DNA of 64,000 nucleotides from an uncultured Candidatus Rokubacteria bacterium. Lineage in GTDB: Bacteria; Methylomirabilota; Methylomirabilia; Rokubacteriales; CSP1-6. Every line of letters begins with the position of its first letter. Positions within the stretch are counted from its first letter, which is position 1. The notes under the pieces were generated by a model. That model was not told where the DNA came from, did not search any database, and saw nothing but the letters and a program-made list of their open reading frames with translations. Shown in pieces: positions 62,017 through 64,000 of the stretch. The stretch is from positions 76,163-140,162 of the forward strand of contig CAVRLO010000015.1 of NCBI GenBank assembly GCA_963721815.1, given 5' to 3'. The position numbers and the translations under genes are program-made.

Positions 62017-62144
62017 CTCGACGTCCTCGTAGACTACCTTGCCAGGATCTTTCTGACCCGATTGCGGTGAAAACCCCGATGGAGTCCTGACGTCGCGATT
62101 ACCACCCTGAGTTCGATGGGAATCCTCGCCCTAAGGGGTGGCTC

Positions 62145-63026
62145 ATGACGCGACGACTGGTTTCCTTGATCCTCTGCGGCGGCGTTGCCACGCTCGGCGG
62201 CGCCTGTGCGACGAAGAACTTTGTACGGGAGGAGGTCGGTGCGACGGAGCGCAGGCTGGCCGAGCAGATGACCACGACAGAGAATGTCCAGGAGTCGAAG
62301 CTGCGTGACACCGCTGACCGCGTGGGAGAAACCCGCAAGGCGGTCGACGTTGCCGACCAGCGACTCAACGGCCTCGACCTGCGGGTGGGTGAGGCGGGCG
62401 CCCGCGCGAACAGCGCCGACACACGGGCGCACGATGTCGAAGCCCGGCTCTCGCAACGCGTCGCGAGCCGCAACCGCTACCGGCTCGTGGAAACGAAATC
62501 CGTCTATTTCGACTCCGGTCAGATTGAAGTCCGGAGCCAGGACGTCGATGAGCTCGAGGCCGTGGCCAAGGCTCTCGCGGCGGATCCCAACGCGGTCATC
62601 GAGCTGCAGGGCTTCGCCGATATGCGCGGGAGCGACCGATACAATCGCGAGCTCGCCCGCGAACGCGTCGAGGCCGTGATGCGCTATCTCGTGCAGCATC
62701 ACGGCATCGAGCTGCGCCAGGCGAGAGCGATCTCCATGGGCAAGGTCGCGCTGACTGATGGCGAGAAGCCAAGCCCGGAGGTCCTTGCCAAGGCGCGGCG
62801 CGTGGACATCCGGCTGCTGACCCCGTGGTCCTCCTGGGAAGACAGTTTCGGCCAGGCCGACTCGAGCGCCCCGGAGCACAGCGCGGCAGCCAGCCCTGAG
62901 CCGCTGGAGTCCGCGACGATTTCTGTGGTGCCCGTCAGGATGCCACCCCTGCAGCCGGTGCGGCTCCGTGGAGGGGTGCCGGAGTTCCTCAACACCATCA
63001 CGCCAGGAGATCTCGGCGGTAACTAA
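62145..63026 (+). CDS. OmpA-family lipoprotein
   Basis: Lipobox GGAC; 'VYFDSG', 'LQGFAD.RG..RYN.ELARER', 'RRVDI'. Confidence 0.85.
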   Translation: MTRRLVSLILCGGVATLGGACATKNFVREEVGATERRLAEQMTTTENVQESKLRDTADRVGETRKAVDVADQRLNGLDLRVGEAGARANSADTRAHDVEARLSQRVASRNRYRLVETKSVYFDSGQIEVRSQDVDELEAVAKALAADPNAVIELQGFADMRGSDRYNRELARERVEAVMRYLVQHHGIELRQARAISMGKVALTDGEKPSPEVLAKARRVDIRLLTPWSSWEDSFGQADSSAPEHSAAASPEPLESATISVVPVRMPPLQPVRLRGGVPEFLNTITPGDLGGN

Positions 63027-63031
63027 GGGGA

Positions 63032-63127
63032 GTTGGATCGGACCCGTGCCCGCCATGACCAGCCTCACGCGGTGCCTGGCCGACGCCTGATCGCCGGGCA
63101 CCCCGGAAGCCTTCGGGACCTCCGGGA
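63032..63127 (-). repeat. Internally deleted miniature copy of the DUF222-HNH element 3' end
   Basis: 63032-63095 matches 36254-36317, then jumps at GATCGCC to match about 36449-36480. Confidence 0.75.
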
Positions 63128-63620
63128 GGGCTCCGGGGTGAACACGAGCCGGCCTCCGAGTAACGCCTGCAGCGCCCGGCGCGCGCTCGGGAAGTCGGCG
63201 CGGAGCGTCGCCTTCCAGTCGGCGACCGCCTGACGGACGGCGGTCAGCACCTCGTCACGCCCGCGCTGGCGGGTCTGCTGGCGCTCCTGCTGCGCGAGGG
63301 AGGCCCGTAGCTCGGCCCGTCGCGCCTCGCCGCGCCTGATGGCGTCCAGGAGCGTTTCCAGCGGGCCGCCACTTGCGACCGCCTGGGCCAGTCGCGCCAG
63401 TTCGCTGTCGAGCATGGCCAGGTCGCGGCGGACCGGCTCGGCCGCATCCGGTGTCGGCTCGGCCTCGAAGGTGGCGAGCGCCTTCGCCATCGCGGTCTCG
63501 ATGACCTCGACGCGCAACAGGCTCGACTCGATGGCGTCGAGCACGGCGTCGTCGGTGTCCTCCAGCCACGTCTCCAGCGTGTCGTCGCACATGCTCTTGC
63601 CCCGCAGGTGGCGCGTGCCT
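63128..63620 (-). pseudogene. Large serine recombinase C-terminal remnant (zinc ribbon/coiled coil)
   Basis: 'HLRGKSMCD..VLDAIES', coiled coil, 'ARRALQALLGGRLVFTP'; no catalytic domain. Confidence 0.55.
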
Positions 63621-63708
63621 ACCCCAACATCGGCAGACGTCAGGAGGCTATCCTCATGAGCAGCACTGCGTTCGTAACGAGTGGACGCTTCATCCGGGCG
63701 CTCATCGT

Positions 63709-63972
63709 TCATGGTGGCGTGATCCGGCGCGCCACGAGCGCCCGGAGGTCGGCGAGCTCGCGTTCCGCCTCCGCGATGTAGGCGGCCGCCGCATCGGCGG
63801 CGACATGGGCGGCGAGCACCTTATTTCGGTAGCGTTCAATGATCATCGTGTAGTGGGCGGCGCACTGACGACATTGGCCCGTCGGTTCGTCAAAAAAATC
63901 ATGCGGGCATCTGTCGATCTTGGCCGCGCGGTCATCCCTCACGTCGCCACCATGCATCACCGCACCCAGCAC
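63709..63972 (-). CDS. Small hypothetical protein with Cys motifs
   Basis: 'CPH...CRQC'; may extend past the window. Confidence 0.35.
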   Translation of the reverse strand: MLGAVMHGGDVRDDRAAKIDRCPHDFFDEPTGQCRQCAAHYTMIIERYRNKVLAAHVAADAAAAYIAEAERELADLRALVARRITPP

Positions 63973-64000
63973 ATCAGCGCCGCCGCCGCGCTCACCACCA

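Noticed and set aside
1-64000. tRNA, rRNA or tRNA-Sec genes
   Set aside because: No cloverleaf with T-loop/anticodon arms or rRNA signature recognised by eye; tRNAscan-SE or Infernal would be decisive.

Overview
High-GC bacterial DNA; the gene repertoire resembles Candidatus Rokubacteria/Methylomirabilota, but that is inference only. Many single-base indels split otherwise normal genes, probably from long-read consensus errors. In order: (1) 1-7.2 kb: aromatic catabolism cluster (Rieske oxygenase, 4,5-dihydroxyphthalate-decarboxylase-like protein, LigJ, HpcH aldolase) interrupted by a hydrolase and a sigma54-driven PEP-CTERM gene. (2) 7.2-26 kb: toxin-antitoxin islets (BrnTA x2, HicAB), flavin monooxygenase, GAF-sigma54 activator, bactofilin, a partly deleted YbhG/S/R-type ABC exporter preceded by an NHLP-leader-like small ORF, a CsgG-DUF4810-DUF799 trio, TRAP transporter and SDR. 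(3) 26.1-30.9 kb: lower-GC, broken defence island with a controller (C) protein and PvuII-type C-box, queC, truncated queE, truncated DpdE/RapA-like helicase and a scrambled WYL regulator. (4) 30.9-49.8 kb: TM0106 nuclease-helicase followed by a patchwork of IS3, IS481, two DUF222-HNH elements, NERD-UvrD, repeated TA remnants and a second TRAP set. (5) 49.8-64 kb: RND efflux operon, catechol 2,3-dioxygenase plus XylT-like ferredoxin, GH15, OmpA and a serine-recombinase remnant. Best signal: two neighbouring genes, an ABC-type substrate-binding protein (TGA 57444) and a VKOR-family oxidoreductase (TGA 59001, CxxU). Both have an in-frame UGA followed by a bacterial-SECIS-like hairpin, so both are candidate selenoproteins. 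No rRNA, tRNA or CRISPR array was recognised.
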